A stretch of DNA of 64,000 nucleotides, from NCBI GenBank assembly GCA_963700285.1, contig CAVOXA010000010.1, positions 896,001-960,000 of the forward strand, in the 5' to 3' direction. Below, in pieces: positions 48,331-57,024 of this stretch. The stretch is from an uncultured Chloroflexia bacterium. GTDB taxonomy: Bacteria; Chloroflexota; Anaerolineae; JAAYZQ01. Below the pieces are notes generated by a model, which made no database searches, was not told the DNA's origin, and worked only from the letters and a program-made list of their open reading frames with translations. A program made the position numbers and the translations under genes. Positions within the stretch are counted from its first letter, which is position 1, and each line of letters opens with the position of its first letter.

Positions 48331-50817
48331 ATGGCTGAAAAGCATTCATCAGGAACAGCGTCCTTTCCCGCTCAGGCCCAGGTGGTGGTCATTGGCGGTG
48401 GGGTCATCGGCTGCAGCGTCGCCTATCATCTGACCAAGCTGGGCTGGCGCGACGTCGTCCTGCTGGAGAGGACGCAACTGACGGCCGGAACCACCTGGCA
48501 CGCGGCGGGTTTGATCGTCAGCGGCTTCTCGACCGAGACCGACACCTACATGGCCAAATATACCCGCGACCTGTACGAAAGGCTGGGCGAGGAGACCGGA
48601 CAGGACACGGGCTTAAAAGCTGTGGGCTATATGCAGATCGCCAGTAATCCGGAGCGGCTGCACAGCCTGCGCCGCAGAGCTGATACCTGCCGCGGGCATG
48701 GCATCTCTACAGAAGAAATCTCTGCCTCTGAGATCAAAAAGATGTGGCCTCTGTTCCATACGGACGATATTCTCGCCGGCTTCTACACGGCCGAGGATGG
48801 CCGCGTGAATCCCATTGACGTCACGATGGCGCTGGCCAAAGGGGCCAGGATGGGCGGCGCGCGCATCCTGGAAGAAACCGCGGTCACGGGGATCGTGCAA
48901 GAGAGGGGACGCGTGAAAGGGGTAGTCACTGGTAAGGGCGAGATCGAGGCGGAATACGTGGTCAACTGCGGTGGCATGTGGGCCCGAGAGCTGGGAAAGA
49001 TGGCCGGGGTCAACGTACCCTTGCACGCCGCCGAGCACTACTATCTGATCACCGAACCGATGGAGGGCATGCGCCGGGACATGCCCATCGTCGAAGACCC
49101 GGACCTTTTTGCCTATTATCGCGACGAAATGGGCGGGCTGATGCTGGGCCTTTTTGAACCCGTAGCGAAACCCTGGGGAGGACCCAAGCCTGGGAGCTTG
49201 ACCGGTATCCCCAAATCCTTCAGCTTTGGCGAGATCCCGCCCGATTGGGAGCGCATGACGCCCCACCTCGAGCTGGCAATGGAGCGCATCCCCGCCGCAA
49301 GGGACGCGGGTGTCCACAAGTTCTTCTGCGGCCCCGAGAGCTTTACGCCCGACATGGGCCCCCTGATGGGCGAGGCTCCAGAGTTAAAGAACTATTACGT
49401 CGCTGCGGGTTTCAACTCGCTGGGCATTCTTTTTGGCGGCGGGGCCGGGCAGGTCATGGCCCAATGGATCGTTGACGGCCTGCCACCGGTTGACGTCAGC
49501 GACATCAACATCGCCCGCATGGCGCCCTTTCAGAACAACCCCCGGTATTTGCACGACCGCACGGTAGAGTTGCTCGGCTGGCAGTACACAAGCTGGCCCA
49601 ACCTGCAGCCCGAGACGGCGCGGGACGCGCGCCGGTCGGCGATGCACGACCGCCTGGCCGCCGCCGGGGCCTATTTCGGGCAATCGGTAGGGTGGGAGTA
49701 CCCCGACTGGTTCGCGCCCCAGGGCATTGAGCCCAAGGTCGAGTACTCGTGGGGTCGGCAGAATTGGTTCGAGTACGCCGCGGCAGAGCACAGGGCAGCG
49801 CGGGAAGACGTGATCCTGATGGATCTGACCCACATGGCCAAGATCCTCGTCCAGGGCTGTGACGCGGAAAAGGTCCTCAACCGCATCTGTGCCAACGACG
49901 TAGCCGTGGCGGTGGGCCGCATCGTCTACACCCAGTGGTTGAACGAGCGCGGCACCATCGAAGCGGACCTGACGGTGACTCGCCTGGCGGAGGACAGCTA
50001 TCTCCTGGTCCTGGTAGACGCGGCACAGACCCACGCCAAAGCCTGGCTTGAGCGCCACATCCCCCCAGAGGCTCACGTCTTTGTCACCGATGTGACCTCA
50101 GCCTACAACATCATCAGCGTGCAGGGGCCGAAATCCCGCCAGCTTATCAGCGGCCTGACCCACGCCGATATGTCGAATAAAGCCTTCCCCTACCTCACCA
50201 TGCAAGAGATCGACATGGGCTACGCGCTGGTCAAGGCGCTGCGCGTTACCTACGTGGGCGAACTGGGCTGGGAGCTCTATGTGCCAACCGAGTTTACACT
50301 TCACGTCTTCGACAGGCTGGTGGGTGCGGGCGCGGACGTGGGCCTGAGACACGCTGGCTTTCAGGCGCTGAACACGCTGCGGTTGGAAAAAGCCTACCGT
50401 GACTATGGCTACGACATCGACAATACAGACACACCGCTGGAGACGGGCCTGGGCTTTGCCGTAGCTTTTGACAAGCCCGGCGGCTTTATCGGCAAAGAAG
50501 CGCTCTTGCGGATAAAAGAAGACGGCATGCACAAACACCGCCTCGTGCAGTTCCTGCTAAAAGACCCGGAGCCTTTGCTGTTCGGCAGCGAGCCGATCTA
50601 CCGGGATGGGCTGCTGGTTGGTTACCTCGCCAGCGGAGGCTACGGGCATACACTGGGCGGGGCTGTGGGTCTGGGTCATGTCGAGAACGATCAAGGCACC
50701 ACGGCCGATTTCTTCAAGAGCGGCAGCTACGAGATCGAGGTAGCTGGGGTGCGCTACCCCGCCAAGGTCTCATTGCGGCCCATGTACGATCCCAAAGGCG
50801 AGCGGGTGCGTTCCTGA
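48331..50817 (+). CDS. GcvT-family FAD-dependent oxidoreductase (dimethylglycine/sarcosine dehydrogenase-like)
   Basis: IGGGVIG, GTTWHAAG, GPESFTPD, GWEYP, YVGELGWELY, LRLEKAY, PMYDP. Confidence 0.92.
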   Translation: MAEKHSSGTASFPAQAQVVVIGGGVIGCSVAYHLTKLGWRDVVLLERTQLTAGTTWHAAGLIVSGFSTETDTYMAKYTRDLYERLGEETGQDTGLKAVGYMQIASNPERLHSLRRRADTCRGHGISTEEISASEIKKMWPLFHTDDILAGFYTAEDGRVNPIDVTMALAKGARMGGARILEETAVTGIVQERGRVKGVVTGKGEIEAEYVVNCGGMWARELGKMAGVNVPLHAAEHYYLITEPMEGMRRDMPIVEDPDLFAYYRDEMGGLMLGLFEPVAKPWGGPKPGSLTGIPKSFSFGEIPPDWERMTPHLELAMERIPAARDAGVHKFFCGPESFTPDMGPLMGEAPELKNYYVAAGFNSLGILFGGGAGQVMAQWIVDGLPPVDVSDINIARMAPFQNNPRYLHDRTVELLGWQYTSWPNLQPETARDARRSAMHDRLAAAGAYFGQSVGWEYPDWFAPQGIEPKVEYSWGRQNWFEYAAAEHRAAREDVILMDLTHMAKILVQGCDAEKVLNRICANDVAVAVGRIVYTQWLNERGTIEADLTVTRLAEDSYLLVLVDAAQTHAKAWLERHIPPEAHVFVTDVTSAYNIISVQGPKSRQLISGLTHADMSNKAFPYLTMQEIDMGYALVKALRVTYVGELGWELYVPTEFTLHVFDRLVGAGADVGLRHAGFQALNTLRLEKAYRDYGYDIDNTDTPLETGLGFAVAFDKPGGFIGKEALLRIKEDGMHKHRLVQFLLKDPEPLLFGSEPIYRDGLLVGYLASGGYGHTLGGAVGLGHVENDQGTTADFFKSGSYEIEVAGVRYPAKVSLRPMYDPKGERVRS

Positions 50818-50928
50818 AAGCAATGCTGAGATGGCGCCCAATAGCCTTTCGCTTTTGCCGTGTGGCCGGGACCTGGCTGGCTGGTTCCTTAAAAATGATG
50901 GGCTTGTGCTAACGATCAGAAGGCCAAT

Positions 50929-50957
50929 TTGACCCTGAGGACATATTCGCTTACAAT
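50929..50957 (+). promoter_or_regulatory. Sigma70-type promoter
   Basis: TTGACC-17-TACAAT. Confidence 0.55.
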
Positions 50958-51047
50958 GGTACCCGATCCAAAGGAAAGGCGAGAGGAATTGGTTACGCTT
51001 GCACTTTGTCTCATCTTTCAGGTCCGCAGGGAGGAGGCCTAAACGTC

Positions 51048-51908
51048 ATGCGCCGCATTCTTGGAGTCTTGGTCATGCTTGCTGGCCTGTTGGGATTGGT
51101 GCTCAGTCTGGCTGGACTGGTCATGGTCTGGGTAGCGAAACCTACTGTGGAGGTCTATGCAAGTACCACGTTCGACACGCTCAGCGAGAGCATCGTCACC
51201 AGTCAAAATGTCATGGATATCACCAGGCAGGCGCTGGGAGCCACCATCGATAGCGTGGATGCCCTCTCGGCTATGTTGGGTACCACCGCCGCCACAGTAG
51301 AAGATACCAAGCCCGTTCTCGACCAGGTCGATATGATCATGACTACCGCGTTGCCTTCCACCCTGCAAGCAACCACGGACTCGCTTTATACCGCTCAAGA
51401 GGCCGCTCGAGTGCTGGAAAGTACCATCCAGTCACTGGACGCCTTTCGCTTCTTGCTGAGCGGTATGCCACTGCTGGGTGGTCTCGTGGAGCAGACTGGA
51501 GAGGCGTACAACCCAGAGAAGCCTCTGGCCGATTCATTGGGAGAGGTGGCCTCCGGCCTGGAAGGTCTACCAGATACATTCGTCGAAATGTCGGCCAACT
51601 TGAGTGCCACGGATGACAACCTGGTCGCCATTCAGGGAAATCTGGTCACCATGTCAGATAGCGTTGGACAGATCTCGTCTAGCCTGAGCGAGTACGAAAA
51701 GATGATCGTCCAATCCAAGTCTTCCATGGATGACTTGAGGTCGGTCCTCACCAACATCCAGAACAACTTGGCTACCATCCTAAATGGGGTGGCCATCGTG
51801 CTGAGTCTGTTTTTCTTATGGCTGCTGGCTGCCCAGGTTGTCATCCTCAGCCAGGGCTGGGAGTTGTACCAGGGCACGGCGGACCGCATGGAAAGTGCCG
51901 TTGAATAG
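51048..51908 (+). CDS. Hypothetical membrane protein with a long helical/coiled-coil region between two TM segments
   Basis: N- and C-terminal hydrophobic helices, heptad-like middle; GGAGG upstream of ATG 51048. Confidence 0.75.
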   Translation: MRRILGVLVMLAGLLGLVLSLAGLVMVWVAKPTVEVYASTTFDTLSESIVTSQNVMDITRQALGATIDSVDALSAMLGTTAATVEDTKPVLDQVDMIMTTALPSTLQATTDSLYTAQEAARVLESTIQSLDAFRFLLSGMPLLGGLVEQTGEAYNPEKPLADSLGEVASGLEGLPDTFVEMSANLSATDDNLVAIQGNLVTMSDSVGQISSSLSEYEKMIVQSKSSMDDLRSVLTNIQNNLATILNGVAIVLSLFFLWLLAAQVVILSQGWELYQGTADRMESAVE

Positions 51909-51998
51909 GCTTTCAAATCTGCGCAGTTCACAGCAGAATGTTCTCTCGTATCTCAGACCAAAAATACTATCCAGATGACCCAAGAAAGGAACCATCCC

Positions 51999-52220
51999 AT
52001 GGCAATTACCCTTGATACCACCCTCGGCACGATCTTGGACGATCCGCAGGCCAAAGCTGTGTTGGACCAGTACTTGCCCGGTATCTCCAGCAACCCACTG
52101 GCAGCGATGGCCAAAGGAATGTCACTGAAAATGATCCTTGCCATGCCACAAGCGGCGCAGCTCGGCCTGACCCAGGAAAAGGCCGAGGAGATCCTTGCCG
52201 AGATCAACAAGAATCTCTAG
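51999..52220 (+). CDS. Small hypothetical helical protein
   Basis: AAGGA RBS; TLDTTLGTILDDPQAKAVL resembles C-terminal appendages of some glycoside hydrolases. Confidence 0.65.
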   Translation: MAITLDTTLGTILDDPQAKAVLDQYLPGISSNPLAAMAKGMSLKMILAMPQAAQLGLTQEKAEEILAEINKNL

Positions 52221-52271
52221 CAGCAACCATCCCCAGATCTTTTCTCGGGGATGATGACGTTTCAAAACGCC

Positions 52272-52292
52272 GCCCCACGGATGGGGCTTTTT
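52272..52292 (+). terminator. Probable intrinsic terminator
   Basis: GCCCCA-CGGA-TGGGGC followed by a T run. Confidence 0.6.
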
Positions 52293-52455
52293 GGTGTTCG
52301 GTACCCGAAGCCACTGGGATCGTCGTCTCGTCCCTGACCCTCCTCTGCACCTCGTCGACGTCCAAGACGGTGACCGGTTCGACGTGACCCGGTTCATCGG
52401 GATTGCGCCAGGTGGCGGCAAAATGTCGTATGAGTTCACCCCTCGCCCCAAATGA

Positions 52456-54180
52456 TCATGGCTGCATCCGCCGGAGCGCTGTCTCTAACTTGGCCTGGAA
52501 GGCGCGGTGGCGGGGGAAGCGGTCGCGGATCCCGTTCACCAGCGCGGTTGCCTCCTTTTTGCTTCCCTGTGACCGCAAGGTCTCGGCGCAGGCCGCCGTC
52601 AGTACAGCAGCTTTTCCATAGCTCTTGCGGTATTGATTGCTCACGATGGCATTTACCCGCTGCCGGGCCACGTCCAGGCACCAGACCAGGAACCCTTTTT
52701 GCCTGTCGAGGGGCACAGATGCTTCGCTCAGACGCTCCGTGTAGGCAACCTCCAGGCGCTGGCATACAGGCGGATCTCCGCCGAACCGGAACTCGGTGCT
52801 GTTTTCCAGTCCCCACTGCCAGATCTGGGCCAGGTTCGCAGGCAGTGTGTCAGGCGTCTTGCTGGCCAGCAGCGCCAACAGGAATGCCACGACCAGTCCC
52901 TGTGAGCTGCTGCGGTTGCTCCAGCCCAGCACGTTTTGGCCGGCGGCGAGTTGGCGCGCCGCCTCAAAATCTCCGGCCAGCAGGCATGCGTGGGCCAGGA
53001 CGGAGTGGTCGACCCAGGCTGGTTCCTCCAGGGCGTCGTTGCCCGGCCAACCTGCCGCAGGGTGGTCGGGTGGGTGGGCGAGATAGTCCCGCACGTGCCG
53101 AACGGCTTGCTGCATCAGCGCCATCCGTACCTGGCCGGCGGCTCCCACGTCCCACAAGTCGAGCAGGCGGGGGAGGGTTGGCTTGGCGAGAAATGCTTCC
53201 CACCGCCCAGCGATCAGAGTTTCCATCTCAGCCAGTTGTACTGCAGCCGCGCAGAGATGGTCGGCGACTGCCGCCCGGATGGGGAGTCCTGCCGGAATCG
53301 TCTGCAGCGCTTTCTGGGCGGCGATGAGGATCTCCCGGTGGTTGCCCTCTTGCTCGAGTGCGGTGAACCAGTCCAGGTAGGCTCGGGGATGCGACTGGCC
53401 TTCGGCCAGCGCCAGTGCTTCCAATCCGCGGGTACCCTGGGAGAGCCGGACTGCCTCGCGCAGCCAGGCTTCGGCGTCGGTGCCGCTTTGCGTTCGCAGG
53501 AAAGCGATCCAGTCCACCAGAAACTGCTCCCGGTTCGGCAGCGCCCGGGGAGAGATCTGAATCAGGTCGGCCAGCATCGGCCGCGACCTGGTCAGCCACG
53601 ACCGCACTTGCTGCATTTGCTCGAACATCGTCTGCGGACGGTAGCCAGGTGGCTCGGTCTCATAGACGGCGCGCAGGTAGCGGGCGCCCGCTTCGCTGGC
53701 ATCTACGCCGGTTAGGTCGGAGGCCCGCACGCCGCGCCCATAGTCGTCTTCGGTATCCAACACCTCGAACAGCTTTCGGTAAGCAGTCCGGGCCAGGGTC
53801 AGGTTGCCACAGTCAAAGGCCGCTTCGACCCGGTCGAATAGCTCGGCCAGGGGCTCTACAAGTTTCTCGTAAGGCCCCAGGCTGTCTTCCTCATCATAGT
53901 ATTCACCCCACTCGTACCGCTCCTCCCAAGAATCGCCATCCTCCATGGCGGTCTCAAGTTCCCGGACAAGATCGTCGATATCGACCAACAGATCCTCTTG
54001 CTGGATAGCCTGCTGGGCGGCGAGGGTCGCTGCCTCACTCCGTTCGAGTTTTTCCAGGAAGGCATGCCGATCCAGCGGCGGTGTCTCCCAGGCCATGGCC
54101 CGCAGGATCGTGCGTAGCCCATCGGCAGAGCGGTCTGCCAGCCGTTGTTCCACGGCCTCCCAAAAGGTTTTCAGTGGCAT
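52456..54180 (-). CDS. Hypothetical alpha-helical protein
   Basis: Long ORF with natural composition; start taken as ATG 54180. Confidence 0.7.
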   Translation of the reverse strand: MPLKTFWEAVEQRLADRSADGLRTILRAMAWETPPLDRHAFLEKLERSEAATLAAQQAIQQEDLLVDIDDLVRELETAMEDGDSWEERYEWGEYYDEEDSLGPYEKLVEPLAELFDRVEAAFDCGNLTLARTAYRKLFEVLDTEDDYGRGVRASDLTGVDASEAGARYLRAVYETEPPGYRPQTMFEQMQQVRSWLTRSRPMLADLIQISPRALPNREQFLVDWIAFLRTQSGTDAEAWLREAVRLSQGTRGLEALALAEGQSHPRAYLDWFTALEQEGNHREILIAAQKALQTIPAGLPIRAAVADHLCAAAVQLAEMETLIAGRWEAFLAKPTLPRLLDLWDVGAAGQVRMALMQQAVRHVRDYLAHPPDHPAAGWPGNDALEEPAWVDHSVLAHACLLAGDFEAARQLAAGQNVLGWSNRSSSQGLVVAFLLALLASKTPDTLPANLAQIWQWGLENSTEFRFGGDPPVCQRLEVAYTERLSEASVPLDRQKGFLVWCLDVARQRVNAIVSNQYRKSYGKAAVLTAACAETLRSQGSKKEATALVNGIRDRFPRHRAFQAKLETALRRMQP

Positions 54181-54285
54181 CTTTTCTTTGTTCAGTTTGA
54201 GATCTCTCCAACTCACCCTTGTACTTGCGCGACCAGCCAAAGAGCTTGCGCAGACGCTACGAGGGATTGAACTTGAACACCCGGC

Positions 54286-55001
54286 TCATAATTGATGTAG
54301 GCCGGCCTCTCCCAATCGACGGAGCAGGGCCGGCCGCCGGCTGTACTGCTCGTAGATGCCATTCAATCGCTGCTGAAAGGCCGCTTCCTCGCCCTGGTAC
54401 GCGGCCAGTTCGCGTAACTTGACCAGCAGCCCGACCGCCTCGTCGTACGGCTTGGCCTGCATCCGCTCGATCAGGGCGAAAACCTGGGTCCACGTCTCGC
54501 TTTCGCGTTTGGCCAGGGCTTCCAGCTCCCGGATCCGTTGGGCCTCAGCCTCTTCGGCCTGTCGTTGCAGTTTGCGTTCGCGATGTTCTTCGGTTTCCTG
54601 CCCAAGCTGGCCAACCGTGCGCCGGGTTGACGCATCTGGCTCTGGGAGGGGCGCGACCTGGCGCAGGCGCCGGTGCAGCTTGGCCGAGAGGCTGGCTTCT
54701 CCCTGGGCCAGTCGCAGTAAAAAGACGTCGCGTTCTTCTCCCGCAAGTTGGGAGATCGCCCGACCAGCCAATCCTGGGATCCCGCTTGCTGCTTGCCACT
54801 AACCCCGGCGGCGATCTGGACCAGCATTTCGTCGATCTCGAAAAAGTCGATAAATGTACGCAGCGCCGGCGACAGGTCTTTCATTCCCGGCGGCACGGGG
54901 GGTTCTTGGACCGTATCGAGCAGATCTTCAACCTCCATCACCCTGAGCCAGGCCAGGTAAAGCATCCGATAGTCTCCTTGATAGTATTGATATGTGCTCA
55001 T
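54286..55001 (-). pseudogene. Internally deleted, frameshifted conserved hypothetical gene (MSxYQYY...GDxRxLYLAWL type)
   Basis: MSTYQYYQ joined directly to GDYRMLYLAWL; EPPVPPG; continues in another frame (RRTVGQL...YDEAVGLL). Confidence 0.6.
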
Positions 55002-55343
55002 GGCCGGTTCTCCCCATGATGCCCGCCACACTGGGCTGCTTTGGTCAAGGCGTCGTGCTGCCTAAATCGAGACAAAACTTCCGCTGTTCTCGGCAAGACT
55101 CCCCTTGACTTATGGATCCAGTTTACCGCAAACGTCTCTCAAGGGCAAATGATCGTTCGTCAGGACGCAGTCCAAGGGTCCTGCTCAACCAACAACAATC
55201 GGGATAGTGTCACCGGAATGTGTCAACCATTGTGAGACAACTCGCTTCAGAATTTAGGGAGCAATCGCTGGGTCTTGATTGCGCCCAGGCTGTGGGTATG
55301 TGGACAACCGAAACGGCGTCGGTTGCCCACATACCCACAGCCA

Positions 55344-56324
55344 CTACGACGACTGCGGCCGGTTGATCCACACCTCCTCCGGTAAGGATGGCGGCTTGGG
55401 TTCGCCGCGAACAAAGCGTTCTGGATGCGCGGCATAGGCTACCTGGAGGACCTGTTGGCGTTGGTCCGTTACTCGTTGTGCTTGACCGAAGTGAACCGTG
55501 GCGGGGGTCATCAGCCCCAAGGCGCTGTGATGATGGTCGTGGTTGTACCACTGGAAGAAGGGACGAGCCCAGGCGCGGGCATCTTCGATGCAGCCAAACC
55601 TCTCCGGGAAATCGGGACGATACTTCATCGTCTTGAACTGCGACTCCGAGTAGGGATTGTCGTTGGAGACATGCGGACGAGAATGCGTCTTGGTCACGCC
55701 CAGGTCGGCCAGCAACAGCGCCACCGGCTTGGAGTGCATCGAACTGCCTCGGTCGGCGTGCAAGGTCAGTTGACCGGGTTGGATCCCTTGCTTCTCACAG
55801 GTGGCGGCGATCAGTTCCTCAGCCAGTCTGGCCAGTTCTCGGTCGGCGATCATCCAGCCAGGCACATAGCGGCTGAACACATCCAGAATGGTGTACAGGT
55901 AGTAGTAGGTCCACTTGACCGGCCCTTTGAGCTTGGTGATATCCCAGCTCCAGAGCTGATTGGGGCCGGTGGCCAGCAGTTCCGGCTTGCTGTAGACCGG
56001 ATGGCGCAGTTGATTGCGGCGCTCGCGCACCTCCTGGTGCTCCTCCAGAACACGGTACATGGTGCGCCACGAGCACAGATAGGTGCTCTCGTCCAGCAAG
56101 GTGGCGTAGACCTCACGAGGCGAGCTGTCTTGAAACCGTTCACAATTGAGCGTTTCACGCACCTGAGCTTTCTCTTCTTGGCTCAGCGCTCGTTGCGGCG
56201 TAGGCCGGGGCTTGGCTGCCTGCTTGGGCTGTCGCGCCCGGTAATAGCTGCTGCGGGGAACGGCCAGCGCCCCACAAGCCGCCGAAACACCCGCCTGGGC
56301 AGAGAGCTGTTCAGTGGCTTTCAT
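55344..56324 (-). CDS. IS3-family transposase OrfB (DDE/rve)
   Basis: PNQLWSWDIT, LDVFSRY, HADRGS, SNDNPYSESQFKTMKY. Confidence 0.93.
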   Translation of the reverse strand: MKATEQLSAQAGVSAACGALAVPRSSYYRARQPKQAAKPRPTPQRALSQEEKAQVRETLNCERFQDSSPREVYATLLDESTYLCSWRTMYRVLEEHQEVRERRNQLRHPVYSKPELLATGPNQLWSWDITKLKGPVKWTYYYLYTILDVFSRYVPGWMIADRELARLAEELIAATCEKQGIQPGQLTLHADRGSSMHSKPVALLLADLGVTKTHSRPHVSNDNPYSESQFKTMKYRPDFPERFGCIEDARAWARPFFQWYNHDHHHSALGLMTPATVHFGQAQRVTDQRQQVLQVAYAAHPERFVRGEPKPPSLPEEVWINRPQSS

Positions 56325-56758
56325 CCTCTCGTCTCTCCTGTTTCGGGGTTCTCCACAGGTAGACCCAGTAGCCGAGAGAGTTTTTTTTGGACATCGATGA
56401 TCATCTCGGCTTGCTCCAGGCGGGCACGCAGGCGCTCATTCTCGCGTTGCAGCTGGACGAGTTCTTCCACCTCTGCCTCTTGGGCCTTGCGGCCGCGTTT
56501 GTGGGGGGACAACGCTTGCAGTTGTCCCTCCGCTCGTTGCTGGCGCCACTTGGACAGGTGGGAAGAGTACAGCCCTTCGCGACGCAATAGCGCGCCGATC
56601 TGCCCACGCTCTGTACAGCGGTCGACTTCCTCCAGAATGCGCAGCTTATACTGGCCGGTGTACTGCCTGCGCTTGGCCCGTGGTAGGACCTCGGGATCCG
56701 GTGCCTGGGTCTGGCGTTCGTCTACTAACGGCGTTTGCTTCGGTTCGATGTCTGACAT
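56321..56758 (-). CDS. IS3-family OrfA (HTH + leucine zipper)
   Basis: RRQYTGQYKLRIL, GALLRREGLYSSHLSKWR, LQRENERL; ATGA overlap with orfB. Confidence 0.88.
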   Translation of the reverse strand: MSDIEPKQTPLVDERQTQAPDPEVLPRAKRRQYTGQYKLRILEEVDRCTERGQIGALLRREGLYSSHLSKWRQQRAEGQLQALSPHKRGRKAQEAEVEELVQLQRENERLRARLEQAEMIIDVQKKLSRLLGLPVENPETGETRG

Positions 56759-57024
56759 GTTGAGCCCTTTCTCCGCCCCCAATTATACACTAAATTCCCG
56801 GACGGAGTTGTCTCACTCATGTTAGCACAGAGGGGGTTTCATCACCGGGCGATCTGCTCAACTGCAGCGCCCCAAAGTTGGTGATTGCCCCTAATCATCC
56901 TGCACTCGTCCTGGCCCCTCGTTTCATCACGCAAAGCAGCCAAGAGCGCGGGGTTTTTCTTGTGGTTTTCTTCGTGTCCTTTGCGGTGAGATGAAGGATC
57001 CGTTCCAAAAATCCCTTGACAGTA

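Larger units (their letters stand above)
55219..56829 (-). mobile_element. IS3-family insertion sequence, apparently intact
   Basis: IRs TGTGTCAACCATTGTGAGACAACTC..GAATTTAG and (reverse complement) TGTGCTAACATGAGTGAGACAACTC..GAATTTAG; TG...CA ends; orfA plus orfB. Confidence 0.9.
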
